NCBI GenBank assembly: GCA_965661285.1
Contig: CBFIDD010000002.1
Coordinates: forward strand, 224,001-288,000
Length of the DNA stretch: 64,000 nucleotides
Direction of reading: 5' to 3'
DNA from: Poseidonia sp.
GTDB taxonomy: Archaea; Thermoplasmatota; Poseidoniia; Poseidoniales; Poseidoniaceae
Under the pieces are notes generated by a model that made no database searches, was not told where the DNA came from, and saw only the letters and a list, made by a program, of their open reading frames with translations. This document shows positions 16,701-25,894 of this stretch, in pieces; within the stretch, counting starts at the first letter, position 1, and each line of letters opens with the position of its first letter. Position numbers and translations under genes: made by a program.

Positions 16701-18477
16701 CACCTGTTCCACGCTCGACGAGCGGCTCTTGCTGCTCCCGACCGGTTGCGATGTTCGCATTGAAGGGGATGTGCTCACCGTTGAATTCACCGCCACCGTG
16801 CAGTGGAGCCTCACGATGTCCGGCCTTGCACAAGGTGAACTCGACCTGTTCGTGAAGGATTACGACGGAACGCAGCGGTTCGATTTCACCGAAGCTTGGG
16901 TGCTCGAGCGAGAAATGAGCATCGATGTTGAACGCCTTGTTGACGAGCAGGGTCCGGTTCAACAGGCCTTGACCACGGATTCGGTGGTGATGGCCGGCGA
17001 CGAACTCGATTTGACCGCACGCGTTACCTACCGTTCCAGTGATACACCCTACACCGGCGATTTGAGGCTGCGTTGGGACGGACTTTTGCAGGGCGAATCG
17101 TGGCGTGGCGGAGCCACGGTCTCGATTCTTGACGGGGTGCTGCAATCCGGCATCCCAACACCAGAACGCTCAGGGCTGGTCCAAGACATGACCATCACGC
17201 TCTGGGACCCGTTGGAAACCGAGATGCTCAGCACCTACGACCTGCCCGTGTTCAAATTGGATGCTATGGCACCCGAAATCCTGCCATCCGCCATCACCGA
17301 CACCATTTCTCGCTATCACTTGGACGACGTCGAAATTGGCGTAAACATCGCCGAAGAGCAGGGCTGGTCCAACGCGTTGACGCTGACCTGCCAAATCCGC
17401 TCCCTCGCCCAATCATGGGATCCCGTAACCAGCGTCCGAAACGCCACAACGGTGTTTGACGGGAAAACGATGTTCAGTTTCCGATTTGACTTCAGTGGCC
17501 TGGGTGATCCCTCAACGCTCTCGGAACAAGCCGACCTCAACTGCTGGGCCAACGGCGCCGACGATGCGGGCTGGGACCTGCTATCAACAACCGGCAACTC
17601 GGAACTCGACCCTTGGCTCGAAGCACCCCTCAACAACATCGGCCCGGATTTGGCCCTTGAGAATGTCGAACTTTCTGGAGAACTCAAAGCCAACGAAAAA
17701 ATCAGACTTTCCTTCTTCGTCACCAACGGTGGAGAAACCCTTGAATCACCGTTCAATGCGACCATCGAGTTGGTCCAAGGCGACCAAAGGGAATTGATTG
17801 GGCGAGAGGTGTTCTACTCCATGGACGCCAACACGGCCAAATCCGTGAAGCGATCGTTCACGGCTCCCGAAGGAGCGTGGACCGTTGAAATCACCGTCGA
17901 CAGCGAGGGCGTGGTTTGGGAAATCGATGAAACCAACAACGTCTGGAACCGGTCCGTCAGCGATGCCTCGTCTGGCTTTGGTGCCGCAACCGTCCTCCTC
18001 GGCGGAGGCGGTGTTCTTGCGCTGGCCGGCGCTGCTGTTCTGTTGCGACGACGGGGTGGAGGTGGCGTTGAGGAAGCCAAGGTCGTGGCTGCCCTTCAGG
18101 CGACGGCTGATGCGAAAGAAGCCAAGAGCACCCCCAAACCTCCAGCCAAACCACCGACCAAACGACGGGGTCCACCGGGTGGAAAAATTGCAACAACGAA
18201 GAGCAAGTCACCCTCACGTAGTCCCCCGAAGGGACCGCCCAAAACCAAGCAAACCGAACCCTCACCGCAGGAACGTGCAGCCATGCACATGGCGGCGCTC
18301 GGGGTACCAGAACCTTCGCCAGCATCGACCGAGGAGCGCGTGGAAGATTATTCCAAACTTCCAGGCGGCGGGGAGTACGAATACACGCCCGAAGGCACGT
18401 ATTACGTTGGCCAAAGCTGCGGACGTTGGGTGCTGAACGAGGACAAATCCTTCACCAAAGTCAGCGATGAGGTTTGA
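13786..18477 (+). CDS. Giant surface protein: Kelch propeller, Ig-like repeats, CARDB-like domain, TM, Pro/Lys-rich tail
   Basis: Signal peptide; repeated GG...YDP..DTW Kelch motifs; PDLALENV...VWEIDETNNVW; TM followed by RRRG. Confidence 0.9.
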   Translation: MGPRRRWMWSVMLVALVASVPLTPLLAVTEDIDVLQEQTNEQHRTVLVTQHFSPSNGFTYTNLTHSPSTGLVKLERPDISWSPSSGLGLVAARTGACSAYLPSTNEVFLIGGRIDPDPTQTGEEENTKTVEIFDAVNRTWDSAFEELKEPQQYHGCAVVGDTIYAVGDHHPFSSPAAESRGLVQVYDAGTGNWSYGTSMPGNQSVGLAGVTSLNGMVYVAGGVSEKDRSDSTDRLLRYDPVNDTWTQLASMNNRRHSFDLVAFRGKLIAYGGVAVFFDPIANATVEKETNLTEAYDPLTNTWAQLPNATNVFSAYAATVLNDEIIIHGGYKRSGWSGTTNDKTYGYDPFTNDWNTRATLASGMYDSTIALANDTLVYAGGDASNRRFGTWGSQYLAGDEFHIGPTFREGMLSSSIQDLRAVQDGSASLLWLRFDADEPAGTEIGLQYRTAISQELIASAQWQPTTAPTSAYFEKGNLSLRDVPEDSTFIQYRVKYATTRMTAWETPTLLSIGIGADSASFTSAPPPSMQPTSSPVSIVTSHHAATQTGTYVLAMHPTDASGSYDEDSNWLTLAWNSTTSSMSIDDPDGLLFNQQASVTPGHNTPTGQTMNWSFSLDGALPTNHLKFKTSTFAERNTTSIHPAVTSIDRDVTVSLEHVTAEMSSQGDASVETGEVLPGNTTLNVTIDHRFTNSGLRLLGGAIEYRIHLDMETYDEDEFGERIWSNLTLPWSMLSAGQLEHAIINAPIDLSGELHLWFEARTSEDWYLKVDSQPLTFIINGEGPTLLSVTPDLDHYINEDEHRTVTFAFHDVGGFSNETLSAYTWIEARDDGTNGGASDGVPQREEYRSALFYTHQDGNRWTVNVTVNDTINDDHQWGRVLLEGTDLAGYGVPTTTAADGHARWESRTPTKGALLEFGPSTNLLNGTMMRLEPSKEVGWRVSVSDANGLEDLNEVRIELGNDDRLGVKYTTLENTCSTLDERLLLLPTGCDVRIEGDVLTVEFTATVQWSLTMSGLAQGELDLFVKDYDGTQRFDFTEAWVLEREMSIDVERLVDEQGPVQQALTTDSVVMAGDELDLTARVTYRSSDTPYTGDLRLRWDGLLQGESWRGGATVSILDGVLQSGIPTPERSGLVQDMTITLWDPLETEMLSTYDLPVFKLDAMAPEILPSAITDTISRYHLDDVEIGVNIAEEQGWSNALTLTCQIRSLAQSWDPVTSVRNATTVFDGKTMFSFRFDFSGLGDPSTLSEQADLNCWANGADDAGWDLLSTTGNSELDPWLEAPLNNIGPDLALENVELSGELKANEKIRLSFFVTNGGETLESPFNATIELVQGDQRELIGREVFYSMDANTAKSVKRSFTAPEGAWTVEITVDSEGVVWEIDETNNVWNRSVSDASSGFGAATVLLGGGGVLALAGAAVLLRRRGGGGVEEAKVVAALQATADAKEAKSTPKPPAKPPTKRRGPPGGKIATTKSKSPSRSPPKGPPKTKQTEPSPQERAAMHMAALGVPEPSPASTEERVEDYSKLPGGGEYEYTPEGTYYVGQSCGRWVLNEDKSFTKVSDEV

Positions 18478-19091
18478 TGCCTACCTTCATGAAGCCACAA
18501 CGTCTCCTCTCGGTCATGGGTGAAGATGCGAAGGATGTTCGCCGAGCCCTCACCATCATTTTTCGAGGACAGGAAGGCATCGCTCGCGCGGATGTTGAAC
18601 GTATGTTCTCCTTCGACATGGAATGGGTGGCACCGCACGAAGCCGAAGAGGTGGTCGATGCGTTGCTTGCGGCTGGTTGGGTCAAATCCGAAAGCGGGGA
18701 CCTGCATCTTGCGGTTGAACTCGGCGAGGTTGATGTGCCGTTTGGATGGTTTCCCCGACCTGCGAGGTTGATGCGCCCGGTTTCAGCCACATCGTCATCT
18801 CCCCAAGCACCCCAGCCTGCACCTGCAGTTCCTCAGGCACCAGCCGTCAAGCCGGCAGGAAAGCCCGTTGATGACACCCCGCTGAGCGATGACCCACGGG
18901 CCCGACTGACGAAACGTGTGGCGAGGTTCATCGCCCGCCAAAGCGGACTCGATGCCACCGAACTTCAACGCCGGGCTGAACGTAAAATCAGGGCCTTTCA
19001 CCTCATCACGCCGTGGATGGCCTACGCTCTTGTCGGACGGGAGCAGGGGTTGGTGATGGACGATATCGTTCAGTCCTTGGACGTGGTTTAG
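18477..19091 (+). CDS. DUF2240-like protein
   Basis: RRALTIIF...SFDMEWVAPHEAEEVVD..EVDVPFGWFP pattern; TGATG coupling to the upstream gene. Confidence 0.75.
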   Translation: MPTFMKPQRLLSVMGEDAKDVRRALTIIFRGQEGIARADVERMFSFDMEWVAPHEAEEVVDALLAAGWVKSESGDLHLAVELGEVDVPFGWFPRPARLMRPVSATSSSPQAPQPAPAVPQAPAVKPAGKPVDDTPLSDDPRARLTKRVARFIARQSGLDATELQRRAERKIRAFHLITPWMAYALVGREQGLVMDDIVQSLDVV

Positions 19092-21664
19092 GCGCCTTCT
19101 TCTTCGGTGGCGCTCTCTTGGCCACGAGCAGACAATTCGACCAACACGGGCAGCACCATCAGCGCCAGCACGAGCGAGAACAAGACCGTGATGGCGGTGA
19201 TGAGCCCAAAGTCCTGAATGATGGGCATGGGCGAAAACAGCAACACGGCGAAGCCAGCCATGGTGGTGGTCGCACTGAGCATCAACGCCACACCGGTGGT
19301 GTCAATCGCTTCACGCAACGCACCCCAGTGATCGCCTCGCTTGGCCAATTCAACCTCAAAGCGACGCCACATGTGGATGGAGTAGTCGATGCCAATACCC
19401 AACGTCAGTGCGGTCACCATCACCGTCAACACGTTCCACTTCAGCCCGATGAGCGCCATCGAACCGACGACCCACAAGGAAGCGATGCCGACCGGGAAGA
19501 GAACGATGATGGCGGGCATGATGCGACGGGTGAGAAGGAAAAGGACGAGGAAGGAAACGATCAGGGAAATCGCCGTGCTTTCAATCTGGGTGGTGGTCAG
19601 CCCGTTGAGCACCGTTTCAAGCATGACCAAATCCCCGGTTACGTGGAGGTCGGCGTGGTCCTTGAGTTGGAACTTCAGCGTGCCCGAATCGTCGGTTGAG
19701 CCGAGAATCTCGACAAAGTTGTCAACCACACGGCTTGATTCAGCCGAGGTTGTCGCCTCAACCCGAATTTCATGACGCAGGTGGACGATAGCGCTGCCGT
19801 CCAGATGAACGGTTTGCGTCAAGCGTTCTTCCCACGTTTCACCGGTCAGGGGGTCGGCTGCACTGGTGTTGCCGACCAGCGCCGCATAGAAACCGCCCAA
19901 ATCCACGGCCTCGGTGCGGTCGATGGGGTAGACTTCACCGGCGAACACTTCCAAATTGTGCGCTTCGCCCATGCTCGCATTGCGCAACAGCGCATCACGC
20001 AACAAGGGGTAGGGGCCTTCATAGGACGGTGAGGAAATCCGGAAATTGGTCCCCACAACATCGTTGTTGGATTTGAGGTCGAAGTGGAAGTTACGAAGCT
20101 CGCTCAGGAGGTCCAAATCCCCCGGTATCGTGGTTTGGTCCTCAGCGGGTTCCATGAGCAGGTGGATGACTTTCCAGCCAGCGCTTTCGTAGCCTGAATT
20201 CAAATCATCCCGCACCGCCATGATCTCCATGTCTTCGTCAACAAAATCAGCCAAATCGAAATCCGTCTCCAACGAGGCGGCACCGTAAATGGCCAGGCCC
20301 GAAACGAGGACGGTCACCAAAATCACACCAACTTGCTGCTTTTGTTGGACCTTCACGATTTGATTAGAGAGCGCCGGGAATCGCAGTGAGGGTCGGTCGA
20401 CGACCTTGACCTGCTTGGAAAACACCACGTGAAGCGCACCCACAAAGACCGTTGAAGAGATGAAGGCCGACACAACGCCCAGCGACAGTGCATAGCCCAA
20501 CACGGCGAGGGGCGGCAGCGGGGAGATGACGTTCGCCATGAACGCCGCCACGGTGGTCACCACGGCCAAGGAGAGGGGCATGGACAGGTGTCCGCAGGCT
20601 CGAAGCCAAGATTCGGAGACGCTGGGCACGGTTTCCTTGAAGGTCCGCTGGGAGCGTTGGAGGTGGATGGCATAATCGATGCCGAGGCCGAGCACGAGAG
20701 GCGCAACCGTCGCTTCAAGTGCGGTAAATCGGGCACCGAAGACGTTGAGAAGACCGTAGGTCCAAATCAGGGCGCTGGTCAATCCAACAATCGGGAACGC
20801 CACGCTGGAGAGTGAACGGAACGCCACGGAAAGCATGATGAGAACGACGATGAACGCCAGCAAGACCAGCAAGAGGAGGTTGTCAAAGGTGCCTTCGTCA
20901 ATGTCGTGAGCCAAGAGATCGTTCGAGATGACCTCGTAGGTGAGAGCCGAAGAAGCGGAACGTTCGTTGAACACATCACGGAGTTGATCTTGCAGCACCC
21001 TGCGGTGGGTTTCATCGAGTTCCGGGTCAATTTCCAACACCCAAAGCGTCGAGGAGGCCGTGGGCGTTGCCGTGCCCGTCGCGTTGTCGAGGTAGACGCA
21101 AACGGGTTCGTAATCGAGGTCCTTGTTGAGCAGAGCGGACGAGGCGTAGGTGGCAGCGGACAGCAACTGGTCGTCGGCGGTCAGGCCGCAGGTTTCGTCC
21201 TCATCGAAAAGCACGTCGAGCACATCCGACCAGGCAGAAAATGTTGCCAGGTCCTGTCCGTCCCCTTCCTCATCGAGCGCCAGTTGGAGAATACCGGGGG
21301 CCGTGGTCCAAACGCTGACCATCTGCTCGCGTTTCACGGATTCGTTTTGGAAGTGCGACAGATCATCATCCATGGTCTGCAGCATGTCGAGAGCCAAGAC
21401 GTTGGAGCCGTCATCAACCGTGACGTGGACAAAAAGCGGGCGCATTTCATCGGGGAAATGCGCATGGATGCGATCGTGTGCATCGGAAGTCTCGGATTCG
21501 GGAGAAAAATCGTTGAGGTCGGTTTGGAAGGTCGGGGGAGAGACATAGAGGTTGGCCGCCAGCACAAGGGTGAGAACGGTGAACAGCCCCACGATGTAGG
21601 GTGCACTTCGCTCAAAGGTGGGGGCGACGCTGGCGAGGCGTTCCTCAAGGCCCGCCCTATCCAT
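19088..21664 (-). CDS. MMPL/RND family transporter
   Basis: Two repeats with GLGIDYAIH and GIGIDYSIH, about 12 TMs, two large external loops. Confidence 0.92.
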   Translation of the reverse strand: MDRAGLEERLASVAPTFERSAPYIVGLFTVLTLVLAANLYVSPPTFQTDLNDFSPESETSDAHDRIHAHFPDEMRPLFVHVTVDDGSNVLALDMLQTMDDDLSHFQNESVKREQMVSVWTTAPGILQLALDEEGDGQDLATFSAWSDVLDVLFDEDETCGLTADDQLLSAATYASSALLNKDLDYEPVCVYLDNATGTATPTASSTLWVLEIDPELDETHRRVLQDQLRDVFNERSASSALTYEVISNDLLAHDIDEGTFDNLLLLVLLAFIVVLIMLSVAFRSLSSVAFPIVGLTSALIWTYGLLNVFGARFTALEATVAPLVLGLGIDYAIHLQRSQRTFKETVPSVSESWLRACGHLSMPLSLAVVTTVAAFMANVISPLPPLAVLGYALSLGVVSAFISSTVFVGALHVVFSKQVKVVDRPSLRFPALSNQIVKVQQKQQVGVILVTVLVSGLAIYGAASLETDFDLADFVDEDMEIMAVRDDLNSGYESAGWKVIHLLMEPAEDQTTIPGDLDLLSELRNFHFDLKSNNDVVGTNFRISSPSYEGPYPLLRDALLRNASMGEAHNLEVFAGEVYPIDRTEAVDLGGFYAALVGNTSAADPLTGETWEERLTQTVHLDGSAIVHLRHEIRVEATTSAESSRVVDNFVEILGSTDDSGTLKFQLKDHADLHVTGDLVMLETVLNGLTTTQIESTAISLIVSFLVLFLLTRRIMPAIIVLFPVGIASLWVVGSMALIGLKWNVLTVMVTALTLGIGIDYSIHMWRRFEVELAKRGDHWGALREAIDTTGVALMLSATTTMAGFAVLLFSPMPIIQDFGLITAITVLFSLVLALMVLPVLVELSARGQESATEEEGA

Positions 21665-21801
21665 GATACCTCCCTGTCCATGGAGCATAAAAACCAACAG
21701 GTGCACTTGACGAAGGCGGACGGCGTTCTTGAAGCGGAAAATACCGGCACCGGCAGAGGAGAAGGTTCAAGAGAAGTGGGCAGGTCGGAAGGTCGGTTAT
21801 C

Positions 21802-22059
21802 ATGGCTGTTACGGTCCTCAAGAAAGAGAAAAACGAATTGCGCCTCCGAATCATCGGTGAAAGCCACACCGCCCTCCAAGTTCTTCGAGAGCGACTCAAC
21901 AACCACAAAGACGTGGACTACGCCAACTACTTCCCGGGCCACCCCGAGCTTGACGACCCTGAATTCTACATCCGTACCACCTCGAAGAAAGGCGTGGACA
22001 AGGTGTTGACCGATATCATCGGCAGCGTCGCTTCCGACTTTGAAGGCGCCAGTCTCTGA
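21802..22059 (+). CDS. rpoL: DNA-directed RNA polymerase subunit L (Rpo11)
   Basis: GESHT..LRERL..VDYANY..HP..P.FYIRT. Confidence 0.9.
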   Translation: MAVTVLKKEKNELRLRIIGESHTALQVLRERLNNHKDVDYANYFPGHPELDDPEFYIRTTSKKGVDKVLTDIIGSVASDFEGASL

Positions 22060-22075
22060 AACAAAGGTCATTTCC

Positions 22076-23470
22076 ATGTCCGACCCCATCGCACAAGCCA
22101 TTGGCTTGCAGGGGTATGCAACAGACCACCAAGGCATCGGCGGACGCATCAAAGCGAGGGTCACCGACTTTCGTGTTGAAGAGATGGCAACGTCCGTTCA
22201 CCTCGACAATCGAGGCCGGTTCACGGCGGCAAAAATTACCCTGACAAATTGGGAAACCAACCGGTTTTGCAACCAACTCGCCTCCAAACTCCGCATTCCA
22301 CGCAATCGGGTCTTTTTCGCGGGCACCAAGGACAAACGTGCCGTCACCTCCCAACTCTTTGTCATCGATGCACCGATGAACAAGGTCGCTTCGGTCGAGT
22401 TGCCGGATGTTGAAATCGAGGTGCTCGGACGAACCCATCAGAAAATCGGATTTGGCAATCACCGTGGAAACCGCTTCACGATTGTGGTCCGAGGCTGCTG
22501 CCACCCCGACGGCACACCGATGAGCGACGATGAGGCGATGGACGAAGTGCACCGTATTCATCAGGACATGGAAGCCTCACTTGGTGGTAACCGCTTCCCC
22601 AACTGGATTGGACCCCAACGGTTTGGTTCGGGTCGTCCCGTGACACCGCACGTCGGTCGACACGTTGTGAACGAAGACTGGGAGCAGGCCGTCATGACCT
22701 ATCTTTCGATGGAGGGGCCAAACGAGGAAAAGGAAGCGCATGACGTGCGCCAGCGTATTCGAGAAAGCGGCATTGATGAGGCGTTGCTCGAGACGCTACC
22801 CCGATGGATGGGCTTTGAGCGCCGCATGATCGAGCACCTCTTGGCCAACCCCGACGACCACGTGGGTGCGTTCCGGAAACTTCCAACCAACCTCCAACTG
22901 ATGACCGTGCACGCCCTGCAGTCGATTGTGTTCAACAAATCGCTCCAGCGCCGGCTTGAGGAAGGCTTGCCGCTGTCCCGCCCCGTCGTCGGCGATATTG
23001 TTGGGCGAGTGGATGAGAAAAGCCAACTCGATGTCAAGTCGTGCGTGGTGGTGCAAGAGCGCACCCTCAACCGCATCGGACGAAACTGCGACCTTGGTCG
23101 CTTGATCACGACAGGCCCGTTGCCAGGCAGTGAAATTTCAACCTCCGAAGGCGAACCCGGTCGGCTCGAACAGGCCACCATCGACGATGAAGGGCTCGGC
23201 GGTCTCTCGTGGAACGTCGAGGCCGTTCCTCGTCTTTCAAGCAAAGGAACCCGACGTGGTTTGGTGGCCGAATTCAAAGAATTCTCGGTGGACACCGTGC
23301 CCATCGCCGATAGCACCACCCTTGACAAGCGCTGGGAAGCCAGACCGGACGTAGGTGACCGCTGGCATCCCGAAGGGGCGTGCGTTCGATTCCGCTTTAC
23401 CTTAGGCTCAGGAAGCTATGCGACCGTGTTGCTTCGTGAGTTCATGAAAGGACCGCTTGCCAACATGTGA
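22076..23470 (+). CDS. truD: tRNA pseudouridine(13) synthase TruD
   Basis: DFRVEE, AGTKDKRAVTSQ, GNRFTI, PNWIGPQRFG, GSYATVLLRE. Confidence 0.95.
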   Translation: MSDPIAQAIGLQGYATDHQGIGGRIKARVTDFRVEEMATSVHLDNRGRFTAAKITLTNWETNRFCNQLASKLRIPRNRVFFAGTKDKRAVTSQLFVIDAPMNKVASVELPDVEIEVLGRTHQKIGFGNHRGNRFTIVVRGCCHPDGTPMSDDEAMDEVHRIHQDMEASLGGNRFPNWIGPQRFGSGRPVTPHVGRHVVNEDWEQAVMTYLSMEGPNEEKEAHDVRQRIRESGIDEALLETLPRWMGFERRMIEHLLANPDDHVGAFRKLPTNLQLMTVHALQSIVFNKSLQRRLEEGLPLSRPVVGDIVGRVDEKSQLDVKSCVVVQERTLNRIGRNCDLGRLITTGPLPGSEISTSEGEPGRLEQATIDDEGLGGLSWNVEAVPRLSSKGTRRGLVAEFKEFSVDTVPIADSTTLDKRWEARPDVGDRWHPEGACVRFRFTLGSGSYATVLLREFMKGPLANM

Positions 23471-23646
23471 TTGGTCGGCCCTCTCCGTGGGTCGTCTCTG
23501 ACAAGACCCACCGAAAGCCCATTGGTTTGCCAATACCCGAGCCGTAGGTATTGTGACAGCCCCTTTGATTGCATCCAAACGCGATTTGGAGGAGGATTGA
23601 TTCACGTCCATCAACAAATGGTGTCAAAAATATGCGATTGTTGGGG

Positions 23647-24030
23647 TTATTCTCTATCTTTTCGCGCCATGATCTGGGCTTTATTTTCGTAAAGCCTTGA
23701 GTAGGGTGGTCCATACAATTGCCGCCCCATATCATCGAAACCATGCTTGACATACCCTTTCGCCTCAGCTATCTCCTGCGAATGAGTAAGTTGAGCTGTA
23801 GATCTGGTCTGAAGGATGCTAAAGGCCATCATAAGCAACCCCAGAGGAGCAATACAAAAACCAACGATGATTGGGGTTGTCAAAATACCACCAATGAGTA
23901 AATAGATACCACGCTTCAGCAGTTTCTTTTTGACCACGAACGGGGCATGAACCCATTCTGTTCCGGTCCACAAAAAATTTCCATCAGGGGTATAATCGCC
24001 ACCCAAAACAATATTCTCTGTTGATTCCAA
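23647..24030 (-). CDS. AT-rich hypothetical 2-TM protein
   Basis: TPDGNFLWTGTEWVHAP N-terminal motif followed by a TM hairpin; TTG start; AT-rich. Confidence 0.65.
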   Translation of the reverse strand: MESTENIVLGGDYTPDGNFLWTGTEWVHAPFVVKKKLLKRGIYLLIGGILTTPIIVGFCIAPLGLLMMAFSILQTRSTAQLTHSQEIAEAKGYVKHGFDDMGRQLYGPPYSRLYENKAQIMARKDRE

Positions 24031-24142
24031 TTTACAAAATCTTCGGTATCTGATTAGGGGGCATCCCTTTGCTCACCCATCTAAAGAGGTACGGACGGCG
24101 ATACCCCCGTCGCTAAGGGGAACCCTCGTGCACGAGGTCGCT

Positions 24143-24415
24143 TCAAATGAGGCCCATCGAGAGAACTTCGATTTCACCAACGCCGTGAATCTCAGCCATC
24201 TTGGCTTCAAAGGCGTCAGCAAGACCTTCGCCGTCGTTCATCTTGACGTGAACTTGGACGAATTTGAGACCAAAAGCCAGCGGCTTTGTCTCAATGGCTT
24301 GAATATCGTAATCGTCGTTGCGTAGGGTTGCAATCGTTTCAGCGATCGCATCCGTGTCAACATCTTGGAGATCGGAATCAGGATTTACCTTGTATGTCAT
24401 CACTACCATACCCAT
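24143..24415 (-). CDS. ef1b: Elongation factor 1-beta
   Basis: YKVNP..D, KPLAFGLK, GVGEIEV; GAGGTGA upstream. Confidence 0.95.
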   Translation of the reverse strand: MGMVVMTYKVNPDSDLQDVDTDAIAETIATLRNDDYDIQAIETKPLAFGLKFVQVHVKMNDGEGLADAFEAKMAEIHGVGEIEVLSMGLI

Positions 24416-24424
24416 ACTATCACC

Positions 24425-24592
24425 TCAGGGACCAACAAATCCACAGTTGGCGCACTTGTACAAGACACCTTGGTTTCGCACACGGGGGCTTCGACCAATG
24501 GGCTGGAAGCATCCAGGGCAGGGGAAGGAGGTTGAACCTTCTTCTGCAAGTGGGATGCCTGACGACGTACAGACTTGTGCTCGTTCACTCAT
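24425..24592 (-). CDS. Zinc-ribbon microprotein (DUF1610/HVO_2753 family), 55 aa
   Basis: Hand translation MSERAQVCTSSGIPLAEEGSTSFPCPGCFQPIGRSPRVRNQGVLYKCANCGFVGP; ends CGFxGP and sits directly upstream of aEF-1beta as in other archaea. Confidence 0.9.
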   Translation of the reverse strand: MSERAQVCTSSGIPLAEEGSTSFPCPGCFQPIGRSPRVRNQGVLYKCANCGFVGP

Positions 24593-24662
24593 GGGAATGG
24601 CTCCTAACGAATTCGCCCACGGTCTCCCCCTCTTTATGGTTGCGTGAGAAGCAGGAGGGTTC

Positions 24663-25001
24663 CTACGGCTGAAAACGCTGGACGATGCTCAATTTTCCGT
24701 GCTTTCCCGTGCTGACGACAAGCGCGCCATCTCTAGAGCGGCACCAGCCCGATTCAATACGAATGATGTCGCCAACGTTGACCGAATTCACCTGTTCACC
24801 CCAGAACACCAGGCCGACCAGTCCGGTATCGTCTCGTCCACAAGCAGCAGCCACCGGCCCGGTGTAGTGTGCGGAGGCAATCATCCGGCGGGGATACATG
24901 CGGAGGACGACGAGCTCGAGTCGCTTGACGGGGCTGTTCGGGCGGAGGTTTTCGATGCGGTTGGCGGGCGTTGGCCATGTCAGACCGGGATGGTTGTTCA
25001 T
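24663..25001 (-). CDS. Single OB-fold protein (SSB/RPA-like)
   Basis: IENLRP, RDDTGLVGLVFWGEQ..VNVGDIIRIESGW, GKHGKL. Confidence 0.8.
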   Translation of the reverse strand: MNNHPGLTWPTPANRIENLRPNSPVKRLELVVLRMYPRRMIASAHYTGPVAAACGRDDTGLVGLVFWGEQVNSVNVGDIIRIESGWCRSRDGALVVSTGKHGKLSIVQRFQP

Positions 25002-25018
25002 GGCCTCCGAACATCTGC

Positions 25019-25774
25019 TCAATGTTCTTCAAGCCCACCGTTGGTTTTCTTGCGTCGAACACGAAAACTTGACGCCACCGGTTCGGGGTCGTCTTCAATT
25101 TCGTCCCCGCCCACGAGTTTGTTCACGGCGGTCTCATACCGTTCTCGAACCGACGCTTTCGGAGCCTTCCACGGCGTGTGGTGTTTGCACACGAGGTACA
25201 CCTCCGAGGACGAATTTCGCGAGGCGTCGGGAGAATAGCGGCGCACGCTTGAGAAGTGCGGGCGAACCGCAGCAATCAGTTCTTCAACGCCGATGCCCTG
25301 AAACAATTTCGTGGTGAAGCCGCCGCCTTTTTTGAGCAACGGGAGCGCAAAGTCAAACACGTCAGCGACCAATGTCATGGCCACGGACTGGTCCATGTCC
25401 CATTTGCCCGTGATGTGGGGGGAGATGTCCGAGACAATGACGTTGAGCGGCTCGCCTCCGAGTTCTTCCAAGATGCGTTCCTGCGTGAGCGGCTCGGTGA
25501 TGTCCCCGGTGAGCAGGATGGCCCCTTCCACGGGTGCGCAGGGTTGGAGGTCCACACCCACGACTTTTCCTTCATCCCCAACGAGTTCCACAGCGACTTG
25601 CGCCCATCCCCCAGGGTGGCAACCGACATCGAGGACAAAATCCCCGGGCCGCACCAAATTGAATCGTTCCTGAATCTGCTTGAGTTTGAACGCCGACCGG
25701 GCACGATAGCCGCTGGCTTTGGCTTGTTTTCGCCATGAATCACGTTTGTGATTCTCCACCCAGTGGTCTGCCAT
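25019..25774 (-). CDS. rlmE: 23S rRNA Um2552 methyltransferase RlmE/FtsJ
   Basis: YRARSAFKL, LDVGCHPGGW, SDISP, K..QG, SRNSSSEVY. Confidence 0.94.
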   Translation of the reverse strand: MADHWVENHKRDSWRKQAKASGYRARSAFKLKQIQERFNLVRPGDFVLDVGCHPGGWAQVAVELVGDEGKVVGVDLQPCAPVEGAILLTGDITEPLTQERILEELGGEPLNVIVSDISPHITGKWDMDQSVAMTLVADVFDFALPLLKKGGGFTTKLFQGIGVEELIAAVRPHFSSVRRYSPDASRNSSSEVYLVCKHHTPWKAPKASVRERYETAVNKLVGGDEIEDDPEPVASSFRVRRKKTNGGLEEH

Positions 25775-25894
25775 CAAGTCTTCCTCAGTCTGCTGGGCCG
25801 TCCTCGTCTTCATCAATCCTTTTCTCAAAACGAGGACAAAGCAAGCAATCAAGACGTGAGGCGAGGTGGGCAAGACATCCCCGGAGGACGACAC

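Noticed and set aside
24403-24588. 61-aa ORF in the track
   Set aside because: Wrong frame; the real gene is the zinc-ribbon protein at 24425-24592.
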